Source of the DNA: Octopus bimaculoides
Lineage: Eukaryota
Direction of reading: 5' to 3'
DNA: 64,000 bases
NCBI RefSeq assembly: GCF_001194135.2
Contig: NC_068982.1
Location: 122,183,646 to 122,247,645 of the forward strand
Part shown: positions 13,059 to 27,760 of the stretch, one piece after another
Position numbering within the stretch: position 1 is the stretch's first letter
Layout: every line of letters starts with the position of its first letter
Notes under the pieces: generated by a model
Told to the model about the DNA's origin: nothing
The model's input: the letters and a program-made list of their open reading frames with translations, nothing else
The model's database searches: none
Made by a program: the position numbers and the translations under genes

Positions 13059-16000
13059 TTTATACATATAAATAATAGAATCAAGATAGACAAGCAATAA
13101 TTTACTAAATATTTAAAATAAATTTTAAACTTTAAAACGATTTTTGTTTGGATTTTTCATGCAACATTTACCATAACACTTGATTTCCAGAGCATCACTA
13201 AGTCAAAAAGATTTAGAATCATGTCTCTACTTTCTTAAAAGAATAGACACACTGGTTATTGAAATCTTAAATATACACTGTCTGTAGAAAATAGAAGAGA
13301 TGTTTGTCATATCCGAAACACCTTTGATCAAAGATCTGCTCAGTCAGAGCAACTACCAACAACTAGAACTCTGATATCTTCACCTGCCAGAATAAATAAA
13401 AGTTAAATCTCAACTACAACACTAAAAATAAAAAATAAAGCAAAAACAAAAACAAAAGTTCAAAACAGTTTGAGGTGAAATAAACATTACAGTTGCTTTG
13501 TTCAAGTAGAAACTGCAGGAGCTATCTGAAGATGTTGCAAGCTCTTTCTCTTGGTGATGACTAAAACATCAAAGTAATTTTATCATCAGCAGATATCTCA
13601 GGGTTACAATTCACCTCTTAAGCAAAATACTTGAAACGTTCATGGTTAAAGAGTTCAGCTAAACTATATAATATTTCAACAGTTCACACTGTATATAATG
13701 CATGTTATAAAGTTAATCATTGCATTGATTTAAATTCTATTTTTGATCTATCTGTATGACAAATCTGGTTCATTCTCCAATAATTTATTTCAGCCAAGAA
13801 TTTGAATCATCAAAGCAAAGGGAGTGGCATGATGACTCAGTTATGAATTATTAGTCAAGACCAAGCCAACTAGTGTGGTATGGTAGATTTAATTTGTGAT
13901 TCTCTTGTAGCTACTTTGTCATATATAGTAAAATTTATGCTTTTCTAATAAGGTTGTAATATGAGAAAAACATCCATAGTTATCTCCCCTAGTTACCAAA
14001 ATAATAAAACCATTATCAATCATTGACTAATATTGCCTTTTTTTCACAGTATAATTATTTTTCATTAGCTCACTAGACTCAATATGTTATTATGAACTCA
14101 ACTGTTATTTTTTGTGCAGATAGTGATGGTAATTCTGAGTAATTTATTCTTAAAAGTATAGTACTTTTCCAAATCAACCAGAGTACAATATTTATTTAGT
14201 TATTCTCTCATCAGTATTTTAGTAAGTACTAGGAAATCCATGTTTTGCTGAGGAGGTTTAATATGATTGAAATATACACAGAGTTGTCTCTCATACTTAC
14301 TGATTTAATTAGTCAATATTAGTAATTGGCTAATATATGTTTAATCAAATACTGTCTCTTCTCATTGCATGATTATTTCTAATTAGCTACTTAATGAAGC
14401 AAGGCAATGAATTAACAGAATATGAGTGTTGGATAGAATACCTCTTGCTATTTGTTCAAATCCTCAGCATTTTGAATTTAAATGCTGCCAAGATCAACTC
14501 TGCAATTCATACTTTAGGGATCAATAAATAAATGCCAAACCAGGGCAGTGGATAGAGTTAGATGCCTTACAGTATCTGTTCCAGCTTTAGGTCTTCTGAC
14601 AGAAAGAGCAATTCCTGTATCGACACTGGTTCCAAGCAGTATAGGCCTGAGTAAGTAGCCTTTTCCTTAGATAAACATTGGTGTCAAAGAAAGAGAAGAC
14701 TTACATGCATGGGCAACTGCTAATCTTCCTGAAAAATTCCAAGCCCAAGCTGGCACACCTATGTGCAGATATATGGTCAGTTCTGACTAATGGTGGTCCT
14801 ATTGAACTTAATGCTCATTTTCATTTTTGTCCATTGGGGTGACAAGGACCATCTAGTTATCCTTTGGATGACTGATGACTTGTGTGGTAACTTTGTTTAA
14901 AGGTGAAAAAGAGTTGTGCACCATTAATCTCACTCTTGTTGTGACCATCTTCAATCCAGTGGAAAGACCAGGTTAAGATGATTGCTGCCCTCCACAATGC
15001 ATTGCTGTCAAACCATGAAGAGTTCTTCTGCAGAGTTCGCCTGACCCAGTCATATGCATATGTAGGCAAGCCCTAATATGCTATTTGACCCATATTTGTG
15101 ACCCTGACAGGTGCTACTACTCTGTGTCAGAACAGACCTGGAACAACAGTGACTAAGAGGTGATTCCACATTCCTCAAAAACCCTAGAACTCCCAAACCA
15201 AGGCTGGATGCAGTATAACTTAAAATGCTCATTGTATTAAATATATGTTTACATTAACTTGACTATTGTTAAATAGAAGAGTCATGAGAAAATGATTGAT
15301 TCAGACTTCAAATTCTCTCAGCTGGACCACTCTAATATTTTGAATCTGTGAATTATCAGAAATTCAATATATTAAGCCTGTTCTCTTGACATTTGATTTG
15401 TTAAACTGAAATAAATGACATAGCCACAGCTCAACAATGATGATGAAAACAATGGCTATAGCAATGACCATAATGACAACAATAGTAAAATAGATTATTT
15501 TCTATTTTAGAATCAAAATTATATTCAGGATAAATGTACTACATGAATTACTCTTTATGGATTTGAGATCAAATTATACTGAGATATTTTATGAATAAAG
15601 TGGACACCAGTAGTTCTAACTAATGAGCCTCTATTCAGTCACTCCTTGGCCTACTAGAAATAGCAACCAAATTTCCCTCAAATCACACCACAGTCTTAAA
15701 TAAGAAGAATACGATGGGCAATGTAATCTCTCATATACAAAAACAACAAAAAAAAGAAAAAAGTTTGTCACAGTCAGAATGTTTATAATTATAGGAGTGA
15801 CCAAAGATTAAACACTAACAATAAACAGATACGAGTATTATAACCCCAGTTGCCATGGTGACAGCATAGAATCCTAACCACTAGACCACTTATATACTAA
15901 GTTTGTCCATACATGATAGGGTGTACACATTTTTAGAAAATTGAAGGGGAGCAAGGGACAAAAGTGGTAAAAGAAATGCTGTGCTAGAACTAGAAATAGC

Positions 16001-17845
16001 AGCTGATATCTCCCTCATACCAAAGTAACAAAAGAAGAGACACCTTAGATAACATCATTACATGTGTGTGTGTGTGTCTAGGTTTGTCCCCCACCACTGC
16101 TTGACAACCAGGGTTGGTGTGTTTATATCCCCATAACTTAGTGGTTTGGTAAAAGAGACTGATAAAATAAGTACTAGGCTTTAAAAAAATAGTATTAGGG
16201 TCGATTTCTTCAACTAAAATTCTTAAGGTTATGCTCCCGCATGGCCACAGTTAAATGACTGAGACAAGAAAAAGATAAAAGATAAGGGATAAAAATAAAA
16301 GAAGCACATTGGATAATCTAATCCTTGATATATAAAAAAGAAAGGATGTTCATGGTTGGAATGCCTTTGATGGTATGCCTGCCCAATCAGAGCTGACCTG
16401 GAACTAACTGCTAACAACAATAATATGATACCAGAAGAATTTGAACTTTAAGGTTAATAGTCAAGCTCCTTATAACCTATCATTCACCCAGCTCTCATAC
16501 TTCCAATGTTCCTAACAGACAGAATCTTTCTTAATCTCTCTCTCTCTCCACTCTTCCTCTCTCTCATGTTCTTGTGTGAGACATTCATTGTGAGATATTT
16601 GAAATTAAATGTCTCAAATACTTGTTGAGTGGGAAGGAGACACAGGATACAGTATCATGATAGCTATGTTTGAAAGATAGGTTCAACTTCCAACAAACTT
16701 GAGATATCAGTAAATTTAACAGTATAGAGAACTATTTTGTTGTGTGTGCGCGTACACACACACACACACACACACAAATTCATACTCTCAGGCAAGGGTG
16801 AGGGATTAAGCTCTCTTTGCAATCACATGATTTTAGATTCAGTCTCACAGTGTGGTACCTTGGGCAAGTATCTTCTACTATAGCCTCATCTGTGTGGAAA
16901 CCTGTCATATATACATATGTATATATAGCACAGAATTTTGTCAGTGAACAGGTCGCAGTCTCAAAGCGACGAAAATATTTTGGCAAATTAAATTTAAATG
17001 TTGAAGTGAATCTAATGGTTTTTGTGTGTTTCTCAAATGGCTTATAAACACCTTCCACGCTGCAATTGTTTTCGTCTCAGCACACGATCTTAGATCAGGT
17101 CACTTGCTATGCAAGTACATCCTTGCTAAGCAAGTACATATTTCTTACAATCATAGTCTGTATCCTGGGACTATGAGTGTGAGAAATATGTGATTTGTGG
17201 AAATGCGTGTAGCAATGCATTAAAATATTTATAAATTCCATCCATGGATTATTATTATTATTACTATATTTATCCTACATTATATTGGCACTACTCAGTG
17301 CAATGCCAAAGAACTGCTATTGCCAGCTGGCGTCCTTTTGGCTGTAGCCGGCATAATAAAATAGCAGTTTTTATATACATATTCATAAATGTTTCCAATA
17401 AATGAACTTAAAGGATATATGTGTGTGTGTGTATACACACACACATACATACATATATGTACGTGTGTGTATGCGTGTATTTCTTCTCCACCACTTGACA
17501 ACTGGTATTGGTTTGTTTATGTTGCCATAACTTAGCAGTTCAGCAAAAGTGACTGATAAAATAAGTATTAGATTTTAAGAAAATAAGAACTGACTTCAAC
17601 TTGTTCAACTAAACCCTTCATGGCTGCACTCTAATGACTGAAAGAAGTAATACATACATACATACATACATACATACATACGTACGTACGTACGTACATA
17701 CGTACATACACACATACAGTTTGTCTGTGTTATCTATATCCCAAAGATGGAGCCTTGTATCTTTGTTGGAAACCAGCCTCTCCTCAGTGGAAGATTTGTA
17801 ATAATTAAAAATAGAAGAGACATACACACATACATACAGATATAC

Positions 17846-17930
<85 letters not shown>

Positions 17931-17972
17931 CACTTGTTCTCATATATAAAAATGTTTTTGTGTGAGTGTGCG

Positions 17973-18022
<50 letters not shown>

Positions 18023-19053
18023 TATACCACACATACACATATATAAATGCTTATATATATTTACGATTTATAAAAATATTTCTTCACAAGTCTGTACTAT
18101 CACAACTATCTGATGAACAGCTTTGAGAAACCGATTAACAGTTTGTGAAGTTTTTCAGCTCTAACAGAATATATATATTATACACACACACAGCACCCCA
18201 CGAATATAATTGACATGCTAACCTGATTGGCACTAAGTCACTCACAGACACATCCCAACCCCTGACCCACAGGCATACTGCCTCTTATCTGTAACTCTTC
18301 TACTGGTCTTTCCTTCAGGTCTTCTGGAATTCCTTCCCTATTCGTGTCTTTCTTTGACTTACAAAGAAGAATATTAATGGGTATCAATATCACCAGCATA
18401 GAAGACCCTGCAAAAGCCAGGAAAGTGTTGGGGGCTTTCACAGCCAGAAAGTAAAAACAAAAACAACTAGTCCTGCAAAACCAATATATGTAAATGTATG
18501 CATAAATATGTGTACGCATAGTTGCAAACATGGCTGTATGGTAAGAAGCTTGCTTCCCAACCACATGGTTCAGGGTTCAGTCCCACTGCATGGCACCTTA
18601 CGCATGTTTTCAACTATAGCCTTGGACCAACCAAAGCATTGTGAGTGGATTTGGTAGACAGAGACTGAGAGAAACTTGTTGTGTGTGGCCAATGCCAGTG
18701 TCACATATCTGGCACCCATGCCATGACACGTAAAAGCACCCTTCAAACTTTGTGCCTCACAGAGGCATTGACAAGTGACCAAGATCTTTGGTAATATACC
18801 ATGCTTGAGAAGACCCGTAAAACCAAGTGAGGTTGTAGTCATGGCTGATGCTGGTGTTTCATAAGTGGCACCCATACTGGTGGCACATAAAAAGTAGCCG
18901 CTACAGTCTTGGGAGTGGTTGGCTTTAGGAAAGGCATCCAAATGTAGAAACCATGCCAAATAAGATTGAATCCTGGTGCAGCTACCCAGCTTACTAGTTT
19001 TCATTTAAAGCATCCAACCCATGCCAGCATAGAAAATGGATGTTAAATGATGA

Positions 19054-19088
<35 letters not shown>

Positions 19089-19667
19089 NNNNNNNNNNNN
19101 NNNNNNNNNNNNNNNNNNNNNNNNNNNNNNNNNNNNNNNNNNNNNNNNNNNNNNNNNNNNNNNNNNNNNNNNNNNNNNNNNNNNNNNNNNNNNNNNNNNN
19201 NNNNNNNNNNNNNNNNNNNNNNNNNNNNNNNNNNNNNNNNNNNNNNNNNNNNNNNNNNNNNNNNNNNNNNNNNNNNNNNNNNNNNNNNNNNNNNNNNNNN
19301 NNNNNNNNNNNNNNNNNNNNNNNNNNNNNNNNNNNNNNNNNNNNNNNNNNNNNNNNNNNNNNNNNNNNNNNNNNNNNNNNNNNNNNNNNNNNNNNNNNNN
19401 NNNNNNNNNNNNNNNNNNNNNNNNNNNNNNNNNNNNNNNNNNNNNNNNNNNNNNNNNNNNNNNNNNNNNNNNNNNNNNNNNNNNNNNNNNNNNNNNNNNN
19501 NNNNNNNNNNNNNNNNNNNNNNNNNNNNNNNNNNNNNNNNNNNNNNNNNNNNNNNNNNNNNNNNNNNNNNNNNNNNNNNNNNNNNNNNNNNNNNNNNNNN
19601 NNNNNNNNNNNNNNNNNNNNNNNNNNNNNNNNNNNNNNNNNNNNNNNNNNNNNNNNNNNNNNNNNNN
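19089..19667. other. Assembly gap (largest of six: 1123-1132, 19089-19667, 20658-20808, 37725-38142, 43855-44024, 50058-50149)
   Basis: Runs of N, mostly adjoining TA microsatellites. Confidence 0.99.
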
Positions 19668-19779
19668 GCCAAATCAGATTGGAGCCTGGTGTTGCCATCC
19701 GGTTTCACCGGTCCTCAGTCAAATCGTCCAACCCATGCTAGCATGGAAAGCGGACGTTAAATGATGATGATGATGATGA

Positions 19780-19822
<43 letters not shown>

Positions 19823-19837
19823 TATATATATACATAT

Positions 19838-19896
<59 letters not shown>

Positions 19897-20576
19897 GAGA
19901 GAGAGAGAGAACAATGTGATGTTGTTTGATGTAAAAAGATGAATAGTGGAAAAATAACCAGAAAAGAAAACAGTGGGTGTATATTTATTTGTAGCTTGTG
20001 CTGAACTTCAAAACAAGATATAAGATGAAGTCGTGGGCAGAAGTCATATAAAACTAAATCTCATACAGTAGTAGAACACAACAAGGATGTTGGATACAGA
20101 AAGAATTTGTTCAAAATGTAAGAAAAGACTTATAAACAAGACTCTTTCTTTTAGCTTACATGCTAAGTCACAAGTAATTTTCATAGACAGGGAATAAAAC
20201 GAAAAACAAAATAAAATAAGTTAAACACACTTGATAAAATGTTGATTTATTTTTTTCAATGACATGTAGTTATTTGAAAATTAAATAAGATTTTCTAAAA
20301 TTGCACTTTATTTATGTAGTAAGCACATGGCGATAGCGGAATGGTGAAAAACAACTACCAACTGTTTCATCCAACAGTAGGAGCAGCAGAAGCTGCAGCA
20401 ACTGTTGGAAACAAGTGAAGACAAATGAGGCAAGTCTTTATCTGAGATGAGTCAACAGAGAATTGAACAGAAACATCATAGGGAAATAATACGTATGTAT
20501 GAGTGTGTGTGTTTATATATATATATATTATATATATGTGCATATGTGTGCATGTAAATATATATATGCACATACA

Positions 20577-20637
<61 letters not shown>

Positions 20638-20888
20638 ATATATAATATAATATACATNNNNNNNNNNNNNNNNNNNNNNNNNNNNNNNNNNNNNNNNNNN
20701 NNNNNNNNNNNNNNNNNNNNNNNNNNNNNNNNNNNNNNNNNNNNNNNNNNNNNNNNNNNNNNNNNNNNNNNNNNNNNNNNNNNNNNNNNNNNNNNNNNNN
20801 NNNNNNNNTATATCTTAGGTGATGCCCTAGCTTGGCCGCAGTCTAAATGACAGAAACATGTTGAAGATAGAAGATAGAAATAATATAT

Positions 20889-20931
<43 letters not shown>

Positions 20932-21063
20932 CATCATCATCATTGTTTAACGTCTGTTTTCCATGCTAACATGGGTTGGACAGTTCGACGATGTGCATGT
21001 GTGTGTGTGTGTATATGTATATATACACATACATACCTATCTATCTATCTATCTATCTATCTA

Positions 21064-21097
<34 letters not shown>

Positions 21098-21565
21098 CAT
21101 CATCATCATCGTTTAACGTCCGCTTTCTATGCTGGCATGGGTTGGACGGTTTGACTGGGGACTGGCAAGCCAGTAGGCTGCACCAGGCTCCAGTCTGATC
21201 TGGCAAGGTTTCTACAGCTGGATACCCTTCCTAACGCCAACCACTCTGAGAGTGTAGTGGGTGCTTTTTATGTGCCAACCACTTAACAGAGTGTGTTGGG
21301 TGGCATGGGTGAGTTTATAGAGCACCGCCACAGGTACTTTTTATGTGGCACTGGCATCTTACTGGAAAGGAATCACTTGGGGTAGATGTTTATTGTGAAA
21401 TAGTACAAAGTCCCTGGAAGCATTGACAATGCTTATTAACTATTTATTAACTAAACGAATAGATAAACAAATTATAATGGATCTCACTAGTATACAGTGT
21501 TGCAGATAATGTAACATAACAATACAAGTATAGTTACTAACTCTATTCAATATAAGCTGTTCATA

Positions 21566-21776
21566 AGGTGGCAAGCAGGCAGAATCATTAGCATGCTGGC
21601 CAAAATGCTTAGCGGTATTTCATCTGTCTTTACATTCTGAGTTCAAATTCCGTTGAGGTTGACTTTGCTTTTATCGTTTCGGCATCGAAAAATTAAGTAC
21701 CAGTTGCATACTGGGGTTGATCTAATCGACTGCTCCCTCCCCCAAAATTTCAGGCCTTGTGCCTAGAGTAGAAAAA
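21566..21776 (+). mobile_element. tRNA-derived SINE family B with 17-bp TSD
   Basis: GG.GG..AG..GGCAGAATC..GAGTTCAAATTCC head; perfect TSD AATATAAGCTGTTCATA at 21549-21565 and 21777-21793. Confidence 0.88.
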
Positions 21777-23191
21777 AATATAAGCTGTTCATAGTCACAT
21801 TTAAGCTGTGATGTTAAATAGTTTCTCAATTACATTTATTTCAGTTAATACCATTGAGTGCTTTACTAAATAAACAAAACATTTTCTATATTTTTACAGT
21901 TGAGGGTATTTTAACTGAACATAATAGGGTGAAATATATATTAGAGGTACTTCACCCCACACTGAAACTGCAGGAGCTACTCAAGTGGTTTTGCAAGCTC
22001 TTTTAAATTCAGTGCAATACTGGAAGCCTTTCTGTATCATCAGCAGATATCTCAAGGTCACAAGTGTTTCACCCCTTTAGCCTGTATGCTTTACCTGAGT
22101 GGGACAGCAAGGACTGAGCTAGTCACCACCTATGGAAGGGTTCCAATGCAGTATCTTATCAAACATAACCATCTTGAGCTAGTTTCAGCTACTGTGCCTA
22201 TTTTCTTCATGTCTTTCTTCAGTTGTCTGGGTTCCAGACCTATTTTCTGCTGAAAATAATGCACTGATCCAGATGGAAAACTGCAGCAGCCAACTTCAAT
22301 GGGGAATGAAGCTGCATGCCAGCCCTTCACAAAGGCCTCACTGACTAAGTCCCAGTATTTCTATTTCTTTACCTGGTGGGAAATATTTCCCTTTGTTTCA
22401 TTTAATTTCAGTTTACTATATCATAGGCACAAGTGTGGCTGTATGGTTAAGGAACTTATTTCCTAACTATGTGGTCAGGGATTCAATCCCACTATGTGGC
22501 ACCTTGGGTAAGTGTCTTCTACAATTAGCTTGTTGACATTGGATTTTTTTTTCTTTTACTAGGTGAAAATCCTAAGAAAACAAGAGTTGGTATATTTTTA
22601 GGAGACAAGTTATGGGACAGAAAGAAAGAATGTTCAAGCAAGATATTTTTAATGTTCTGAGGTACTCAGGCACACACACACACGTGTGCGCACATACATA
22701 TACACACACAAACAGACATATACATGCATAAATGCACATACATATGCATACATACATTTACCTCCCATTTACTTTTTTTTACAAGACAATTGTCTTTTCA
22801 TTCTATTATAGAAACTGAAGTTGGGAGATTTTAGAGACTGTCTCTGGAAAATGTTTTTAGTTATTTATTTTTGTGTGAAATAAACAATGTTACTATTTTG
22901 TAATCAGTGGATGAGAAAACTATTGTCAGTGGCTGGGAAAACTGAAGTTGTGGAATTCATGATGTTTGAAAAGGTATTTACAACAAAGAGAGAAAATAAC
23001 AATTCTGGATCAGATATTCACATGTGGTGTGTGAATATACATTCAAACACTTTTTTCCTTCTATGTGTGAGAATTTTATGCTGAAGTCAGCTTTGACTTT
23101 CATCCTTCCAGGATTGATAAAATACTAGTCAAGTACTGGAGTCTCATTTCTTCAGTCTCTCTGTCTGTCTCTCTTTCTGAATTGTCTATAT

Positions 23192-23507
23192 CAGTAGTTT
23201 TCAACCATTTTTTTAAACTATGGACCCTTTAGATTACTATTCCATTCTGGTAGACCCCCATAGCTATTCAACATTTAAGAACTAGTTTTATAGATACTTC
23301 TTTTAAAATTCCTATTTTGCGTTTCGCACATGTGTAGTTTGAATTATGTAAAATGTTAGAGAAACAAACCTAGTTGTTTCTTACAATAAATACATCTAAA
23401 ACAAAATTTTTTCATGAACCCCTAAAGTACATATGTGCATCTCCAGTGTACTATTTTGCATGTGTGAAGCCCCAGAATCTTATAAGGATCCTTGTTGAGA
23501 ACCACTG
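23192..23507. mobile_element. hAT (Charlie-type) MITE, 316 bp
   Basis: TIRs CAGTAGTTTTCAAC / GTTGAGAACCACTG and a perfect 8-bp TSD GTCTATAT at 23184-23191 and 23508-23515. Confidence 0.9.
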
Positions 23508-23970
23508 GTCTATATTGTGCTGTAAGAAAGGTTGCAGGAGACCACTTACAATGTCCTTTTCTCAAGAAATAGAAATGAGTAGAATAACTTCTCATAGAAA
23601 AACTGATATGTTTCTGGAACTACCCAATGATGGACCAATATACAGTACAACATGAAACAAAAATAAAATATCTAAGTATCTAGGATAGAGACTAGAAACT
23701 CTTCAACATAGAATAGTACATTCAAGCTATAAATTTAAACTTTGAAACTAAATTCAAACTAAAATTTCTTATATGATACACTTGACAAAATTTTGCTAAA
23801 GGCAATACTTTCTCATTCTTACTATCATAGATACATAATGACTCTGCCTGTGTGCATTTGTGTATCGTCATATATATGTACCCCCACCACACACACACTT
23901 ATATAAAAAAAATAGCCATCTATGTATTCACTGATGTTGCAAATTGCTGCATGACCTATTAAAAATCTTG

Positions 23971-24490
23971 TATATGCAATTGTAGCAGTACTTAATTAAA
24001 ATAACTATCTATATATCGTATTTAATATATATACACTCTCAATAGGCCAGTAACTGCATTATTTTCCTGAGATAACATCCCTTATGGATTTGCTGTGTTA
24101 AAAACATAATAAATACCAGAGATGAAATTTTGTCCCGGCAGCAGCCAATGAGAGAACCAGAGACATTGTAGCCAATGGTGTATACTTGCAGCCAGGCACA
24201 TGCATGGATGAAAATTCACTTATTCTGATATGAGAAAAATGGAATAAAATATTCACTAATGTTATGAATTACTGATTGGTTGATTACAAAACCAGTATAT
24301 GCAATTGAGGCAGTATTTAATTAAAATAGCTATCTATGTATCATACTTAATGTATATACACTGATGATAGGCCAGTTACTGCAGTATTTGTCCTGAGATA
24401 ACATCTCTGATAGATGCGCTGTGTTAAAACCAATAAATATCAGAAAGAGACAAAAATTCATACCAGCAGAAGCCAGTGACAGCACCAAAT
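23971..24490 (+). repeat. Diverged direct repeat, ~190-bp units offset by 325 bp
   Basis: TATATGCAATTG..TAATTAAAATA.CTATCTAT..ATAGGCCAGT.ACTGCA..CCTGAGATAACATC..GCTGTGTTAAAA at 23971 and 24296. Confidence 0.85.
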
Positions 24491-26127
24491 GGATTTTGGC
24501 CTTTTGGGGCCTTTCTAATGGCATGTGCTTACAGTTAGTCACATGTTAAAATGAAAATTTATCAGCTTTGTTATAGGAAAAAGTGAATAAATAATTCATT
24601 GAGATCATTAATATCTGCCCAATCTTCCAGAGATTTTCTAGCCAACTTCTGTGTTGTTATTGTTTAAACCTAGATCAGCCATGATTGAGACAATCTACAA
24701 TTAAAAGCTTTCCAGCATGACCACCTTGTCCTTTTACTTAGATAAGGTATATTTAGAACTACTATTTTTTAAAGACATTTAGGTGCATTTTGAGGAAGAT
24801 TGACTGCTACTTTCTAGCAAATTCAGTAACCATTGAGATGTTCCCTCAGCAGTGGTTAAAATATTGACATGGATCTGACAGTTTTTGGAAAATGAGAACA
24901 AAGTTCTGTAGTAAAAAGTAAAAAAAAAAGGAAAGAAGAAAGAAAAAAAGAGAATCCTGAATGAAGGACCCACCCCCATCCCAACTTTAAATCTGAATGC
25001 AGAAGTTTAAAGTTTAACCAAAATTGAATGATACAGAGTTATCTAATCTAATTTATTGGACGAACAAAGATGGTAGATAACACCCATAGCTTTTTCAACA
25101 CCTTATAGACAAGGGGTATTATATTTTTGTTCCTGCAAAAATTATGTTAATGCCATTGATGTCCAGCTTAGTTTTATGATAAGGGGACATGAGCAGAGAG
25201 GGAATTCTGGGAAGTAATTTTGAAGGAAAAGGGTTGGGAAAAGTGTTATATTCTCCATATGAGAGTTATTAACTAATAATTTTAAAAGGACGGAGCAATA
25301 AACAGTCAATAAGTTTAGTAACAGAGCCTGTTGTGGTAGCAATGGTTACAATAGGATGAGACAAAGGTGTATGACACAGCTTGGAGGTAGAAACATATCT
25401 GTTTCTAATATCTGGCTAAAGCTGGCGTTCCAACACAAAATCTTTTAATAGCTTTCATACTGATTGCCAAATTAATAAATAATTTCATCTTTCATCAATA
25501 TCAGGGAACACATGTAAACAAAGAAAGAAAAAAAATATATATCTAACTATTTATTTTCTTATCACTGTTCCATAAAGGTCCTCTTCTAGTTTCATTCTGA
25601 ATGGTAGCCATAGCATTAATTCTTTTTTTTTAAATATAGGCCAGTTAGAAGAGATGTAAATTTCATAAACATTTTTTTTCTCTAAATGGCCCAAGGCATT
25701 GTCTACCACTAATTAAAAAATTTACTTTTTTGATGAGGTACAAAGGCAACCTTAAAGTATGACCTTTCCTTACTGACAGGTGTTGGGTGAGTCATCACAA
25801 TTAGAGCCAGCATGCATTTGGGGGTACTGCTCTCCTAGGCAGGTTGGAAGGCCGCAACACGCTCTCTCTATTTATATTAACAAGCATCTCCAGCAATTAT
25901 GAAGCTGTTACACTCCTAAAAATTTTACTGTAATGTGGAAGTCAGTGGAATAATACATTTTATGTTAGTGATCTGAATATTCTGGGATGATTCCAGCAGC
26001 ACAACAGTCATATACACAATATACACACACACACACATGTATGTATGTAAGTATGTATGCATGCATGTATGTATGTATGTATGTATGTATGTATGTATGT
26101 ATGTATGTATGTATGTATGTATGTATG

Positions 26128-26163
<36 letters not shown>

Positions 26164-26295
26164 CATACATACATATGTTGAGGTGTATTTCATGAAGAAC
26201 ATATAAGAGTACAAAATAGAGCTCATTCAGCCCTAGAATTACCAGATAGTCAGCAGTATTATAGTATACCACCAATTCACACCCTGTATATATGC

Positions 26296-26326
<31 letters not shown>

Positions 26327-27315
26327 ATGATGATGATAATAATGTAATATCAATAAAATATCAAATGTTTTGGTTCATACCTTTGACCCAACCTTATAAA
26401 CACACACACATGTGTACATACATATGCGTGTGTGTATGTGTGTATGTATGTATGTGTGTGTGTGTGAATACGAATGTGTGTGTATACGTTTGTGTGTGTC
26501 AGTGTGTTTGTCTCACCCTAATGTTTGACGACCAATGTTGGTTTGTTTACATCCCTGTAACTTAGCAAATGAATCGTCAAAATAAATATCAGACTTAAAA
26601 AAATTACAACTATTACTCTTTTACTTGTTTCAGTCATTTGATTGTGGCAATGGTCGTGGAGACAAAGTGGTTGAAGTCTTTTTGAGTGTTCAGCCTCACA
26701 GAGGTGATGTGACTGAGTTCCTTTTGAGTGTTGTGCCTTATGGAGGCAAAGTGGCTGAAATCCTTTCAAGTGTTGGGCTTCACAGGGGCAATGACCAAGA
26801 CCTTCAGCATTATGTCATGCTTGAGAAGACATCAAGCCAAGTAAAATTGCAGCTGTAGCAGATACCGTTGTCACGCAACTGGCACCCATGCCTGTCGCAT
26901 GTAAAAAGCACGCATTACACTCTCAGAGTGGTTGGCGTTAGGAAGGGCATCCAGCCATAGAAAACCATGCCAAATAAGGAAGGGCATCCAGCCTTAGAAA
27001 ATCATGCCAAATAAGACTGGAACCTGGCGCAGCCTTCCAGGGTGCCAGCTCAATCAGACTGTCCAACCCATGCCAGTACTAAATACTCTTTAGTATTTCA
27101 AGATATTTTTATGTAATTTTGCTAAATATATCTGTTTAAATGAGATGTCAGTCTTATTTTCATTTTTGTGTAATTTAGACAACAATTCATTCACCGCACC
27201 TTGTCTATGTATGTACATATATAAAAAGGAAAGAATAAATAGAGTCAAAAAGAAGAGGGAGTACGATTCAACTGTTACAACAGTGCTAGAGCACAGCCTT
27301 GAAGGGGTTAGTCTA

Positions 27316-27708
27316 GGAGTGGCTGTGTGGTAAGTAGCTTGCTTACGAACCGCATGGTTCCGGGTTCAGTCCCACAGCATGGCACCTTCGGCAGGTGTCT
27401 TCCACTATAGCCTCGGGCCGACCAAAGCCTTGTGAGTGGATTTGGTAGACGGAAACTGAAAGAAGCCCGTCGTATATATATGTATATGTATATATATGTG
27501 TGTGTGTGTTTGTCCCCCCAACATCGCTTGACAACCGATGCTGGAATGTTTACATCCCCGTAAGTTAGCAGTTCGGCAAAAGAGACCAATAGAATAAGTA
27601 CTAGGCTTACAAAGAATAAGTCCTGGGGTCGATTTGCTCGACTAAAGGCGGTGCTCCAGCATGGCCACAGTAAAAAAATGACTGAAACAAGTAAAAGAGT
27701 AAAAAGAG

Positions 27709-27710
<2 letters not shown>
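27316..27710 (+). mobile_element. tRNA-derived SINE family A, young full-length copy
   Basis: Head GGAGTGGCTGTGTGG..GGTTCAGTCCC (A/B-box-like), CORE-like GGCACCTT.GGCAGGTGTCTT segment, internal (TA)/(TG) tract, tail GGTGCTCCAGCATGGCC..CTGAAACAAG-TAAAAGAG repeats. More than 15 copies or fragments are in the window. Confidence 0.85.

Positions 27711-27756
<46 letters not shown>

Positions 27757-27760
<4 letters not shown>

Noticed and set aside
14857-15232. Possible LINE 3' fragment on the minus strand
   Set aside because: Only vague similarity, no diagnostic motif.
18363-18407. 45-nt AG..GTAAGT segment on the minus strand
   Set aside because: It has a stop in the phase needed between exons 1 and 2, and a poor exonic donor context (TTT|GT).
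18994-19760. ORFs over 200 aa spanning X runs (also ~37.7-38.2, 43.6-44.2 and 50.0-50.4 kb)
   Set aside because: Artefacts of N gaps.
20340-20410. Acceptor followed by LLQLLLLLLLDETV (signal-like)
   Set aside because: Weak donor, 43 nt is not frame-preserving, no family similarity.
22130-22330. 66-aa minus-strand ORF near a TTACCTG donor-like site
   Set aside because: No recognisable homology and no frame-compatible exon.
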